This document shows, piece after piece, positions 52,383-61,005 of a stretch of DNA of 64,000 nucleotides. Source of the stretch: Planctomycetota bacterium (GTDB lineage: Bacteria; Planctomycetota; UBA1135; JACQFD01); contig JAEUHX010000076.1 in assembly GCA_016792805.1 (NCBI GenBank), positions 29,541-93,540 of the forward strand, given 5' to 3'. The notes under the pieces were generated by a model, which made no database searches, was not told the DNA's origin, and worked only from the letters and a program-made list of their open reading frames with translations. A program made the translations under genes and the position numbers. Each line of letters begins with the position of its first letter. Position 1 is the first letter of the stretch.

Positions 52383-52852
52383 GCGAACTCGGCTCCTCTG
52401 ACTGCGCCCACTGGGCCGCCCTGCTCCGAGGAGAGGGCGAGGACGCCCGCCTCGGATCGGAGGCGGCCGCGGCCCTCAGCGCCCATCTATTGCATTGTGA
52501 GTTTTGTGCTCGAGAACTCGAGGCCGACCGACATCTGTCGCGGGAACTGGCGTCGATCACCATCGAGCCCCTCGACCGTGAGCTCGTTCGCCTCGTCGCG
52601 CGTCGCGTTGCACGCGCTCAGCGCGGGAGCCGGTGGCGGCTCGGGCTCACCCTGGCCGCCGCCGCGCTGGCAATGTCCGTGGCGCTTGATCGCAGCCTTG
52701 CGCCGCGCCGTGAAGCCCTGCCGGTGCGGCCAGCCTCGCCCGCCGTGAAGACAGCCTTCGAGGAGCGCGTGGTGCGCGCCGGCTCCGCGGGTCTGCGCTC
52801 GACTCTCTCTATGTCACGCCGAACTCGTTACTCATCGGGAGTTCAAAGATGA
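52379..52852 (+). CDS. Anti-sigma factor (zf-HC2 type)
   Basis: An ATGA overlap links it to the sigma gene. HLLHCEFC matches H-x3-C-x2-C. There is one TM helix (WRLGLTLAAAALAMSVAL). Confidence 0.8.
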   Translation: MSELGSSDCAHWAALLRGEGEDARLGSEAAAALSAHLLHCEFCARELEADRHLSRELASITIEPLDRELVRLVARRVARAQRGSRWRLGLTLAAAALAMSVALDRSLAPRREALPVRPASPAVKTAFEERVVRAGSAGLRSTLSMSRRTRYSSGVQR

Positions 52853-54207
52853 AAGCTTTCGGATATATGATTCTCGCAGCTTCCGCATTCTCGGCCGTCG
52901 CGGTCGCGCAGGATGCGCAGAATGCGCCTGTGGGATTCTCTGGGACCGGGCAACGGCAGGCGGCGCCAGCTCCCACCCTCCCTCAGTCCGCCGTCGTAGC
53001 CCGTTACAGAATGCCCTATGGCGATCTGAAGCGGTTCGACCCTCCGGCGCTCGGGCGTGAGAGCGTGAAATCGGCGGCGGTGCCGCGTCTTGCGGCGAGC
53101 TCCGCCGCGGCGCCCGAGCGCCTCACGCTGTTCGAGTCGGTGCTGGCGAATCGGATTCTTGAACTTCCCCGCGTGCGCGCCGTGGTCTTCGGCCGAGAAT
53201 CGACCGTGCGTCGCGGCGTGCTCACGGCTCCCTCGGACGCAGCGCCCATCGCCTCGGAGACCTCGGATCAGCCATTTCTCGAGGTGCGCGCCGACGACCG
53301 TGAGTTCGAGCCGCAAGTGCAGCGGATCTTGAATGAGTATCAATCTTTGGCATCGCAGCGATTCGATCTGGAGACGATCTTCGTAACGAGTTCGGCGCCT
53401 TCGCTCGCGATCGATGGCGCCGCGGTGTCCTACGTCTCCGATTCCGAGTTCGAGCAGGTGCGAGCCGCTGACTCGAAGGAGCCCCGGGACCTCCTCTCCG
53501 CTCCCCGGCTTACGCTCTCTCAGGGGAGCGTCGGGAATATTGCAGCTCTCAATCAGCGGGCATTTGTTACGGGCTATGACAAGCAATCGATCGGCTCGTC
53601 GACGATTCTCGATCCGGTGGTGGAAGTGTTGCAGACTGGCCTCGTTCTCGAGGCATCCGTCGTGCAAATTCCGGGTGCGAACGGCGGAGTGTGCCAGGTG
53701 GCCTTGACTCTCGCCGACGTCCTCGACCCCGTGCCGACGGCGGAACTCAAGGTCGCTCCGAGCCTTGCGCCGGTGACGATCCAGCTTCCCGAGGAGAATC
53801 GCACGACCTGGAAGTCCGAACCGTTGCACTTCAATGATGCCAGGCACGCATTCCGCGTGACCGGGATTCGTTACCTTGGACGCAAGGCCGCCGCCGCGCC
53901 CATGGGCAGCGATGCCACAGAAGCTCATGAGTACAAATCGCTCGAATTCTACTTTCGCGTGATGCCGGCTTCGGCGCAGTCCGGAGCCGGCGAATGGGGC
54001 CGGGTGCTGCTTCTCGACGGGGACCGGCGCCGAGTCGTGGTCCGACGCTCGGAGAGCTCGGCCGGCGCTGCCAGCGACCGCGCCACGACTGTCACGGAGA
54101 CGGGGCGCCCGCCTTCCGTGCTCGAGCTGGAGACCGACTCCGGCGCGATCCTGATCTATCGCGTGGTCGAGGGGCCGATGCCGCGCGTCGACGATCCCGT
54201 GCGATAG
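52849..54207 (+). CDS. Secreted protein with a divergent secretin-like core (tentative)
   Basis: An ATGA overlap links it to the anti-sigma gene. The signal peptide is MKAFGYMILAASAFSAVAVAQ. The segment LLSAPRLTLSQGSVGNIAALNQRAFVTGYD...VEVLQTGLVLEASVVQIPGANGGV...PVTIQLPEENRTTWKSEPLHFNDARHAFRVTGI...KSLEFYFRVMPA follows the GspD/PilQ/CpaC secretin-domain pattern. Confidence 0.45.
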   Translation: MKAFGYMILAASAFSAVAVAQDAQNAPVGFSGTGQRQAAPAPTLPQSAVVARYRMPYGDLKRFDPPALGRESVKSAAVPRLAASSAAAPERLTLFESVLANRILELPRVRAVVFGRESTVRRGVLTAPSDAAPIASETSDQPFLEVRADDREFEPQVQRILNEYQSLASQRFDLETIFVTSSAPSLAIDGAAVSYVSDSEFEQVRAADSKEPRDLLSAPRLTLSQGSVGNIAALNQRAFVTGYDKQSIGSSTILDPVVEVLQTGLVLEASVVQIPGANGGVCQVALTLADVLDPVPTAELKVAPSLAPVTIQLPEENRTTWKSEPLHFNDARHAFRVTGIRYLGRKAAAAPMGSDATEAHEYKSLEFYFRVMPASAQSGAGEWGRVLLLDGDRRRVVVRRSESSAGAASDRATTVTETGRPPSVLELETDSGAILIYRVVEGPMPRVDDPVR

Positions 54208-54238
54208 AGCCTGCGCGTGGCACTATGGGGTTCGCTCC

Positions 54239-55546
54239 ATGCGCCACGCGTTTGTGATCCATCAGTTCCTGCCGCGTCACCACACCGGCACGGAGCAATA
54301 TGTGCGCGCGCTCGCGCTCGAAGCGCGCCGCCGCGGCGAGGAGGCGCGCGTGCTCACGCGCGAGCCGTCGCTCGCGCCGACCACGTCCGTGCGCGCCGTC
54401 ATCGACGACGAGGTGGAGGGGATCGCGGTGCGCCGCCTAGCCCTCGGTGGCGATGTGGAGCCGAACCCCGTGCTCGCGTCCCACGACTCGCCGATCGCGG
54501 CGGTCGAGCTCTCGCGCTTTCTCGCCGAATTCCGCCCCGACGTCGTACATCTGTTTCATTCCATGGGTTTCGGTGTGGCCGCCCTTCATGCGGCGCTTGC
54601 CCACGGCGCTCCGGTATTTGTTCACGCCACGGATTTTTTTGCAGTCTGTCCGATTGCAACTCTCACGCTTCCGGACGGCTCCGCGTGCGCCGGCCCGCCC
54701 GACAGCGGCTTCGGCTGCTTTCAGTGTATTCATACAGAAGTGGGAGCTGTGCTGCGGCGCGAGGCGCTCCTCGACGCAGCGCGCACGGTCCATCAGCTTG
54801 CGGGGCCGCTCCACGGACACCGCCGCATGTTCCCCGCATGGGCCCTCTCGCTCGCTGGGCGCAGGGAGCGGCTGCTGGAGGCGTTCGGGCGCGCGCGCGC
54901 GATCGTGGCGCCCTCGCGGTTCCTGCGGGATGAGCTGATCCGACAGGGGGCTGATGCGAGGCGCGTGGCGCTTGTTCCTTACGGGCTCGACCTCGGCCGA
55001 CTCGAAGGGCTCGCGCCCGCCGGTGAACGGCCTGTGACTTTTGGATTCTTCGGAACGGTCGCTCCCCACAAAGGTGCACTCGTGCTGGCTCGGGCGTTCT
55101 CACAAATCACGGAAGATGTGCGCCTCGTGATCCGCGGGAGGATCGGTGAGTTTCCCGAGTATAGTGCACAAATCGAAGCGGCCGCTGCCGCCGACCCGCG
55201 CATCCGGCTCGGCGGACCGTTCGCGCCGCGCGAGCTCGGCCGCGCGCTGAGCGAGATCGACGTGCTGGTCGTCCCGTCGCTTTGGCACGAGAACACGCCG
55301 TTTGCAGCCCTCGAGGCGCTCGCCGCCGGGCGCCCGGTGATTGCGTCGGATGGAGGCGGCCTCGCGGAGGCGGTCGTCCCCGGTCGCGGCGGACGGCGCG
55401 TGAAAGCGGGAGATGTGGGGGCGCTCGCCGCTGCGCTCCGCGCCTGGAGCGAGCGCAGCGCCTTGGCGCGCGCGCAGCGCGAGATTCCGCCTCCCCGCTC
55501 GGCGGCCGCCGCCTTCGACGACCTCCGAACCCTCGCCGTCGCGTAG
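54239..55546 (+). CDS. Family 4 (GT-B) glycosyltransferase
   Basis: The motif HENTPFAALEALAAGRPVIASDGGGLAEAV (E-x7-E type) is present. A Cys cluster CPIATLTLPDGSAC...GCFQC is inserted in the N-terminal half. Confidence 0.85.
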   Translation: MRHAFVIHQFLPRHHTGTEQYVRALALEARRRGEEARVLTREPSLAPTTSVRAVIDDEVEGIAVRRLALGGDVEPNPVLASHDSPIAAVELSRFLAEFRPDVVHLFHSMGFGVAALHAALAHGAPVFVHATDFFAVCPIATLTLPDGSACAGPPDSGFGCFQCIHTEVGAVLRREALLDAARTVHQLAGPLHGHRRMFPAWALSLAGRRERLLEAFGRARAIVAPSRFLRDELIRQGADARRVALVPYGLDLGRLEGLAPAGERPVTFGFFGTVAPHKGALVLARAFSQITEDVRLVIRGRIGEFPEYSAQIEAAAAADPRIRLGGPFAPRELGRALSEIDVLVVPSLWHENTPFAALEALAAGRPVIASDGGGLAEAVVPGRGGRRVKAGDVGALAAALRAWSERSALARAQREIPPPRSAAAAFDDLRTLAVA

Positions 55547-55557
55547 CATCGGAAGCC

Positions 55558-55776
55558 GTGAGCCAAGACGCCGTCGCCGCCGCCCTTCGCGACCTCCAGG
55601 CCTCCGTCGATCGCCTGCGCGCCGACCTGCAGGCGAAGGACGCTGAGATCGCGCGGCTTCGCGAGGCGCTGGCCGATCGGGATAGCCGCATCCGCGCCCT
55701 CGGCGAGCAGGCACTCCATCTGATGGACCTCCTTCACGAGGCGCGGGCGGCGGTTCCACCTTCGGCTCCCCGCTGA
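55558..55776 (+). CDS. Small coiled-coil protein (72 aa)
   Basis: GTG 55558 is preceded by GGAAG. Heptad-like sequence is present (LRDLQASVDRLRADLQAKDAEIARLREALADRDSRIRALGEQAL). G/C is high at third codon positions. It lies between the GT4 stop (55546) and the next start (55797). Confidence 0.5.
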   Translation: MSQDAVAAALRDLQASVDRLRADLQAKDAEIARLREALADRDSRIRALGEQALHLMDLLHEARAAVPPSAPR

Positions 55777-55796
55777 CCGATCTCGGGGGTGAACCC

Positions 55797-58502
55797 GTGC
55801 CCACCACCGCGCATCCGCCGCTTCCCGTCGACCGCACGCCGAGCGTGACGATCGCGCTCTTCGACGGCGACCGCGGAAACCTTCAAGCGCGCCTGCTGGA
55901 GGCGGCGGCCCAGGACTACGCCGGGCCGCTGCAGACCGTCGTGGTCGCTTCGGCCCATCGCGACGCGCTCGCACCGAAGCTTGCGGCAGCGCCGTGGGCG
56001 ATTTGCGCACCGCGAGCGGGGCGCGGAGCCGATGCGCTCGAGGCGGCACTCGAGTGCGCCGCCAGCGACTGGATCGCGCTTCTCCCCGGAGAAGCCCATC
56101 CCCATCCGCTATGGGTGGACGAGCTAGTCGCCCTCGCCGTGGGACGGCCCGATGTCTTTGCAGTCGCGCCGTCGCTGCGTCGCGGAACCGGGGCGCTGCT
56201 GGGAGCCGGAGCGCGCGTGCGCGAAGACGGCGGCTGGGAAGGGAGCCTGGATGAGCCGGCGGAACCTTCGTCCGAGATCGCCTGCGCGCTCGGCGACGGA
56301 CTGCTCGTACACGCGCCCGCGCTCCGCGAATTGTTGCCTCTCGAAGCGGGGCTCGACCTTCGCGCGCTCGGAGTCGAGATCACTCTTCGCGCGAGGGCGC
56401 GCGGGTTGCGCATCGTGTATGCGCCTCGGAGCCGCGTCGTGGTGGCCGCTCGAGCTCAACAAAAAGGGGAGAAGCGTCTCACGATCGATGAGCAGGCGGA
56501 ATTGTTGCTTGTGGCTCGCCATCAGCCGCAGTCGCTCGCGCGCGCTCTCGGGCGCATGGCGATCGTCTCCGACCGCAACGACGCCGCCGAGGAGGTGCTT
56601 CGCGAGGCGATGCGCCGCGCAGGCATCGACTCGCCGCAGGCGCTTCCGAAACTTTTGTTGGAAGGGGTCGCCGGCTGGGCACGGCGCGCCTTCGATGCGG
56701 AGTCACAAATCGTCGAGCTGCGCGATCGGCTCGCTGCGATCGAGCACGAGCACCACGAGACCCTCGTGACTCTCCACCGCGAGATGTCATGGGCGCACAC
56801 GCTCAATCAGAAGGTGGCTGACATGACGTCGGCCGGCGAGCGCGAGCGGGCGAAGGCGGCCGCCGATCTGGAGAAGGCGCGCCAGGATGCCGATCGCGAG
56901 AAGGAGGCGGTGGTTCGCGCGCTGGCGGAGGCGGAGCGCAAGCTCGGCGTCGCGCTGCGGGAGCAGGAGCTCATTGCCGCGGAGCGCGCGGGGCTCGTTG
57001 CAACAGAAACGCGGGTCGCGTCGCTGGAGGCCCGGTGGCGCGATGCCGAGCAGAGGCGCGAGACGGCCGAGCGCGAGGGTGCGGTCGCGGCCGAGCGGGC
57101 GCGGCTCCTCGAGGAGGCGCGCGCGATGCTCGAACAGGCGAGGCGCGAAGCCGAGGAGGCTCGGCGCGCGGAGGCGGAGCGACGCGCGCAGGCGGAGCTC
57201 GAGCTGCGCACATCCCAGGACCGCGCGCGCGCCAGCGCCGAGGAAGTCGATGTGTTGCGTCGCGACGCAAAGGCCGCGGCCGCCGAGAGGGTCGAACTGG
57301 GAGCGCGCCTCGCGGCAGCGGAGGAGGCGTTTCGCGGCGCTTCGGGTGCGCTGGCAGCAAGCCAGTTGGAAGCATCACGCCTCGCAGAGCGGCTCGCCGA
57401 GACGGAGCAGCGCCGTGAGAAGGCGGAGCGAGCGCTGGCGGACCAGCAGGTGGAGACGCAGGCGCTTCGCGATTCGCTCGCCGCGCGTGCGACCGCCCTT
57501 ACAGAAGAGCTCACTGCGGAGCGGCGCGCCCGCGAGGAGAGCTCGGCGTTGGCCGAAAGCACTGCGGAGAGGCTTGTTGCGCTCGAGGCCGATCTCGAGG
57601 TGGCGGTGTCGGCGCGCACGGTGCTGGAGCGCGTGGCGAGCGAGCAGCGCGTACAGCTCGATCAGTCGCGTGCGCGCGCCGAAGGGCAGGATCAGCGGAT
57701 TCGTGAGCTTTCGAGTGCGCTCGAGGGGCTGCGGCGCGATCTGGCCTCGGCGGAGTCGGCCTACGCTGGCGAGCGGACGGAGCGGCTTCGGCTTGCGGAA
57801 GAGGTGGCGGCGCTGCGCGTTCAGTGGAACGACTCGGTGGAGCGCGAGGAGCGCGTCATGGCGGAGCTGGTGCAGCTCCAGGCCGATTCCGAGGCGGCGG
57901 CGCGCGCCCATCGCGAGACGCTGGAGCGCTGGGAGCGGGAATGGACGGAGCATCGCACGGACCTCCAGAGGCAGCTTGCGAGCGAGAGGCTCGAGCGGAG
58001 TTCGCTGGAGCAGCACCGCGGGCATCTGGAGACTCTTCTTACAGAAACGCGCGGGCGCGCGGCGGAGCTCGAGGCGGCGCATGCGCAGACGCGCGAGGAG
58101 CTCGAGCGATTCCGGATGGAGATGACGGCCTATGCGCAGCGCCTCGAGGCGGAGCTGAACATGGTGCGCGCGGAGAATGGTGAACTTCATCAATCTCTCC
58201 ATGCCGAACAAGTCCATGCGGCGATGCTCCATGAGAATCTGCGCGGCGCGTGGGCGACGATCGAGTCGCTGCGCCGCTCGCTCGATGAGACGCACGCACG
58301 CCTCGCCGAGCGCCAGGGGGACCTGGCGCGGCTGCGTGCACAGATGCTCGCCGATGCGGACAAGATGGCGGAGCGGCTGGTTCGATATCTGGAAGAGATT
58401 CAGAAGCCGCGCTGGATGGGGCGCAAGCTCTCCCGCGACGAGCGCGCGTGGCTCGTGGGCCCCGGCGCTCGATATGTGACTTCAAAGATCGGGCCTGGGT
58501 AG
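55797..58502 (+). CDS. Degenerate GT2-like N-terminal domain fused to a coiled coil of about 600 aa
   Basis: The N-terminal roughly 230 aa follow GT-A spacing (SVTIALFDGD...TVVVASAHRD...SDWIALLPGEAHP). The usual Asp positions are replaced. From about nt 56700 to 58400 the sequence is continuous E/R/A/L-rich heptad repeat (AERRAQAELELR..., LEADLEVAVSAR...). Confidence 0.7.
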   Translation: MPTTAHPPLPVDRTPSVTIALFDGDRGNLQARLLEAAAQDYAGPLQTVVVASAHRDALAPKLAAAPWAICAPRAGRGADALEAALECAASDWIALLPGEAHPHPLWVDELVALAVGRPDVFAVAPSLRRGTGALLGAGARVREDGGWEGSLDEPAEPSSEIACALGDGLLVHAPALRELLPLEAGLDLRALGVEITLRARARGLRIVYAPRSRVVVAARAQQKGEKRLTIDEQAELLLVARHQPQSLARALGRMAIVSDRNDAAEEVLREAMRRAGIDSPQALPKLLLEGVAGWARRAFDAESQIVELRDRLAAIEHEHHETLVTLHREMSWAHTLNQKVADMTSAGERERAKAAADLEKARQDADREKEAVVRALAEAERKLGVALREQELIAAERAGLVATETRVASLEARWRDAEQRRETAEREGAVAAERARLLEEARAMLEQARREAEEARRAEAERRAQAELELRTSQDRARASAEEVDVLRRDAKAAAAERVELGARLAAAEEAFRGASGALAASQLEASRLAERLAETEQRREKAERALADQQVETQALRDSLAARATALTEELTAERRAREESSALAESTAERLVALEADLEVAVSARTVLERVASEQRVQLDQSRARAEGQDQRIRELSSALEGLRRDLASAESAYAGERTERLRLAEEVAALRVQWNDSVEREERVMAELVQLQADSEAAARAHRETLERWEREWTEHRTDLQRQLASERLERSSLEQHRGHLETLLTETRGRAAELEAAHAQTREELERFRMEMTAYAQRLEAELNMVRAENGELHQSLHAEQVHAAMLHENLRGAWATIESLRRSLDETHARLAERQGDLARLRAQMLADADKMAERLVRYLEEIQKPRWMGRKLSRDERAWLVGPGARYVTSKIGPG

Positions 58503-58529
58503 CTCCCGCCGCCGGCATCCGCGGAGAAC

Positions 58530-58562
58530 AAAAAAAGACCCGCCGAAGCCGGGTCTTTTTTG
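58530..58562. terminator. Bidirectional rho-independent terminator
   Basis: The sequence is aaaaaaa-gacccg-ccgaagc-cgggtc-ttttttt. The stem (58537-58542 and 58550-55) is flanked by an A run and a T run. It lies between the convergent stops at 58502 (+) and 58578 (-). Confidence 0.8.
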
Positions 58563-58577
58563 TGGCATCCGAACTAC

Positions 58578-59837
58578 TTACTTCTTCGCGCCGTCTGCCG
58601 GTGCGCTGGCCGGTGCGCCCGCCGGCGCACTCGCTGGCACACCCTTCGGCTTGCGCGGGAGCTGCGGGGGCACGAACGGCTCGTAGGCCGGGTCGAGCAC
58701 TTCCACCTGCATGCCGCGAATCAGCGCCTGGATCTGCCCCTGGGCCTGCTCGAACGGAACGCCGAAATTGTAACCAAGCAGGATGCGCCGAATCGTGACT
58801 TTTGCCGCCGTCGGATCGTTGGGATTCTCCTGAAGCGCCTCCAGCTTCAGGATCTCAACACCCTGAATCGTTGCAATCGGCCCAGAGATGTCGCCCGGCT
58901 TCATCTCCTGGATCGCCGCGCGCTCAAAATCATTGAGGATCATCGGATTCGCTTCGAAGCGTCCGCCGAAGGCCTTCGTCGACGGGTCGTCCGACACGTT
59001 CGACGCCAAGTCCTCAAACGTCTTCTGCCCGGAGATCACCTGCGAGCGCAGGTCGTTCGCGCGCTTGAAGAGTGCGGGAATCTGCGGCCCCGTCGATTTC
59101 AGCACTGCGGCGCGCGGCAACAGCGCCTGATTCAGCACAAATTGCGCGAGCGACTCATCGCGGGCGTCTTTCATGTAGCGACGGCGCGCCGAAACCATCT
59201 TCTCGAGGTCTCCCCGGAAGACCGGCTCGCCGTGCACAGCGGCGATCTGATTCGCCGCCTTCTCGGGATCGAACGGCGGGAGCGTCGGACCCGCCGGCTG
59301 GGAAGCCGTCGGGGCCGCCGAACTCGAAACTGCCAGATCCCGCCGAAGCTCCGGCGATGGCTTGAAGCCCGCCGTGGCGTCGATTCCACGCGCACCAAAG
59401 AGCCGCTTCGTCGTCTCGCCGGCAACCATCGTCTCGATGCCCATGGCGCGCCGTTGGATCTCGATCGCGATGTTCGAGACCTCCGTGCGGATCGCCTCAA
59501 TCTCCGGCTTGGGCGGCTCGGCCTCCGGCGGCTTCGCATTCTCCGTCCCCGACATCCGCCGCAGCGTTTGAACACGCGTCGCCAACGTCGTCAGGCGTGA
59601 CGAGAGCCGCTCCGCCTTTTGTTCAATCGTGAGCGGCGTCGGTGGCGGGAGCTGCTGCGGCGCTGTGCCCGTGAGCGCTGTACCCGGATTCGGCCCGCCA
59701 GGAGCCGGGATGGCGCCCCCCTGGGGACCGGGAATCGGAAGGGGGGACTGCGGAAGCGCGAGGAGGCTAAAAGCGAGGAGAAGCATCGGAGCGGCCGTCG
59801 GGTTGTGGGCGAGCAGAGTATCGGACTCGCCGGGCAT
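58578..59837 (-). CDS. Periplasmic parvulin-type peptidyl-prolyl isomerase (SurA/PpiD-like)
   Basis: The PPIC-type rotamase block is QKTFEDLASNVSDDPSTKAFGGRFE...FERAAIQEMKPGDISGPIATIQGVEILKLE. The start is ATG 59837, or ATG 59786 (MLLLAFSLLALPQSP). Confidence 0.75.
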   Translation of the reverse strand: MPGESDTLLAHNPTAAPMLLLAFSLLALPQSPLPIPGPQGGAIPAPGGPNPGTALTGTAPQQLPPPTPLTIEQKAERLSSRLTTLATRVQTLRRMSGTENAKPPEAEPPKPEIEAIRTEVSNIAIEIQRRAMGIETMVAGETTKRLFGARGIDATAGFKPSPELRRDLAVSSSAAPTASQPAGPTLPPFDPEKAANQIAAVHGEPVFRGDLEKMVSARRRYMKDARDESLAQFVLNQALLPRAAVLKSTGPQIPALFKRANDLRSQVISGQKTFEDLASNVSDDPSTKAFGGRFEANPMILNDFERAAIQEMKPGDISGPIATIQGVEILKLEALQENPNDPTAAKVTIRRILLGYNFGVPFEQAQGQIQALIRGMQVEVLDPAYEPFVPPQLPRKPKGVPASAPAGAPASAPADGAKK

Positions 59838-59896
59838 CCACTACGAGCCCAACCCGGCCTACGCTGGCGCGCCGCGCGCCGCCGCGTGGGGGGCAT

Positions 59897-60937
59897 TCAG
59901 AACTGCACGACCCAGAGCGCCATGATTCCGACGTCGGGGCGCTCCCGCGGATCCTCGAGAAAGGGGAGGTTCCCTGGAACGAGGAACAGATCGACGCCGC
60001 TTCCGAAGACGAGCGAGAGGGTCGAAAGGCGCCCGAGCGAACGCTGAAGCTGGAGGCGCGCGCGAACGCTCGATTCCTCGTAGTCGAGCGTCGCGCCGGC
60101 CTGGAGGCGCCAGGGACCGAGCTTCTGTTGCACTTTTGCGTTCGTCGTGGCGCCTCCAATGCGCACGTCGAGCGGGCCCGTCTCATAAGTGATCCCCACC
60201 AGATCCCCGGGGTTGCGCCACGCGCGCGGAAAGCCGCGGAGCCCGAGATCGCCGAGGTCGAGCGGATCGCGGGCAGAGGTGGAATCGCCGAGCAGGGTGC
60301 GGGCACCTTGGCCGAAGAGCCCCGTCTCGCCGTCGAATTCGCGCTTCAGACGGTCGAGGATTTGTGTCTCCCCGAGGGCATCGTTGGCGAGGCCGGTGAT
60401 CGGCGAGCGCGCCCTCCGCTCGAGGAGCGCGTTATTGTAAGCATAGTCGACGGGGCGCAGCCGCGGCCGGTCCCGCAGCGGGTCGACGGAGATCGGCGGC
60501 AACGTCCAGGCGCGCTGAAGCGCGATCTGGAATTGAATGTCGTCGACGAGTTGGAATCGCTCCCAAAAACCGCGCCCGAGCTCCGTCAAGAACGCATCGG
60601 GCTTCTTCGCGCGCAGTCGCCGGGCGAGCGCGTCGTCGAGGGGCGCATTGGCTTGGGGCGCGGTCGCGTTCTGGGCGCCGTTCTCGTCGGTCGGCTCCTG
60701 CGAATGGCCCATCGCAAACGCCCGAGGCCGCGCGGGCCGGTTCGGCGCGACGGCGGCAGCCGGTTCGTCGCGCGCCTGCGGCTCGTCCCACAGGCGAGTG
60801 CGATCAAATCGGATGGGCTCCGGAGGAGCCGCCCGACGGGCGATCGGCGCGGGCTCGGGATCGGGCGTCGCAGCGGCAATGGGCTCGCCCGCCGTCTGGA
60901 TCGACAGCGCCCAGCAGATCGAGGTGAGCGAACCCAT
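59897..60937 (-). CDS. Hypothetical outer-membrane protein (beta-barrel-type C-terminus)
   Basis: I place the start at ATG 60937 (MGSLTSICWALSIQTAG). The C-terminal half alternates beta-like segments and ends ...GIMALWVVQF, with a terminal aromatic residue. The track start at 61348 overlaps the upstream gene. Confidence 0.5.
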   Translation of the reverse strand: MGSLTSICWALSIQTAGEPIAAATPDPEPAPIARRAAPPEPIRFDRTRLWDEPQARDEPAAAVAPNRPARPRAFAMGHSQEPTDENGAQNATAPQANAPLDDALARRLRAKKPDAFLTELGRGFWERFQLVDDIQFQIALQRAWTLPPISVDPLRDRPRLRPVDYAYNNALLERRARSPITGLANDALGETQILDRLKREFDGETGLFGQGARTLLGDSTSARDPLDLGDLGLRGFPRAWRNPGDLVGITYETGPLDVRIGGATTNAKVQQKLGPWRLQAGATLDYEESSVRARLQLQRSLGRLSTLSLVFGSGVDLFLVPGNLPFLEDPRERPDVGIMALWVVQF

Positions 60938-61005
60938 GGCTGCGCAAAGAGCAATCGGCGAGCCGCCCCTGTGTCTAAACCGACCTCGGACTCTTGCGAG
61001 GGCTG

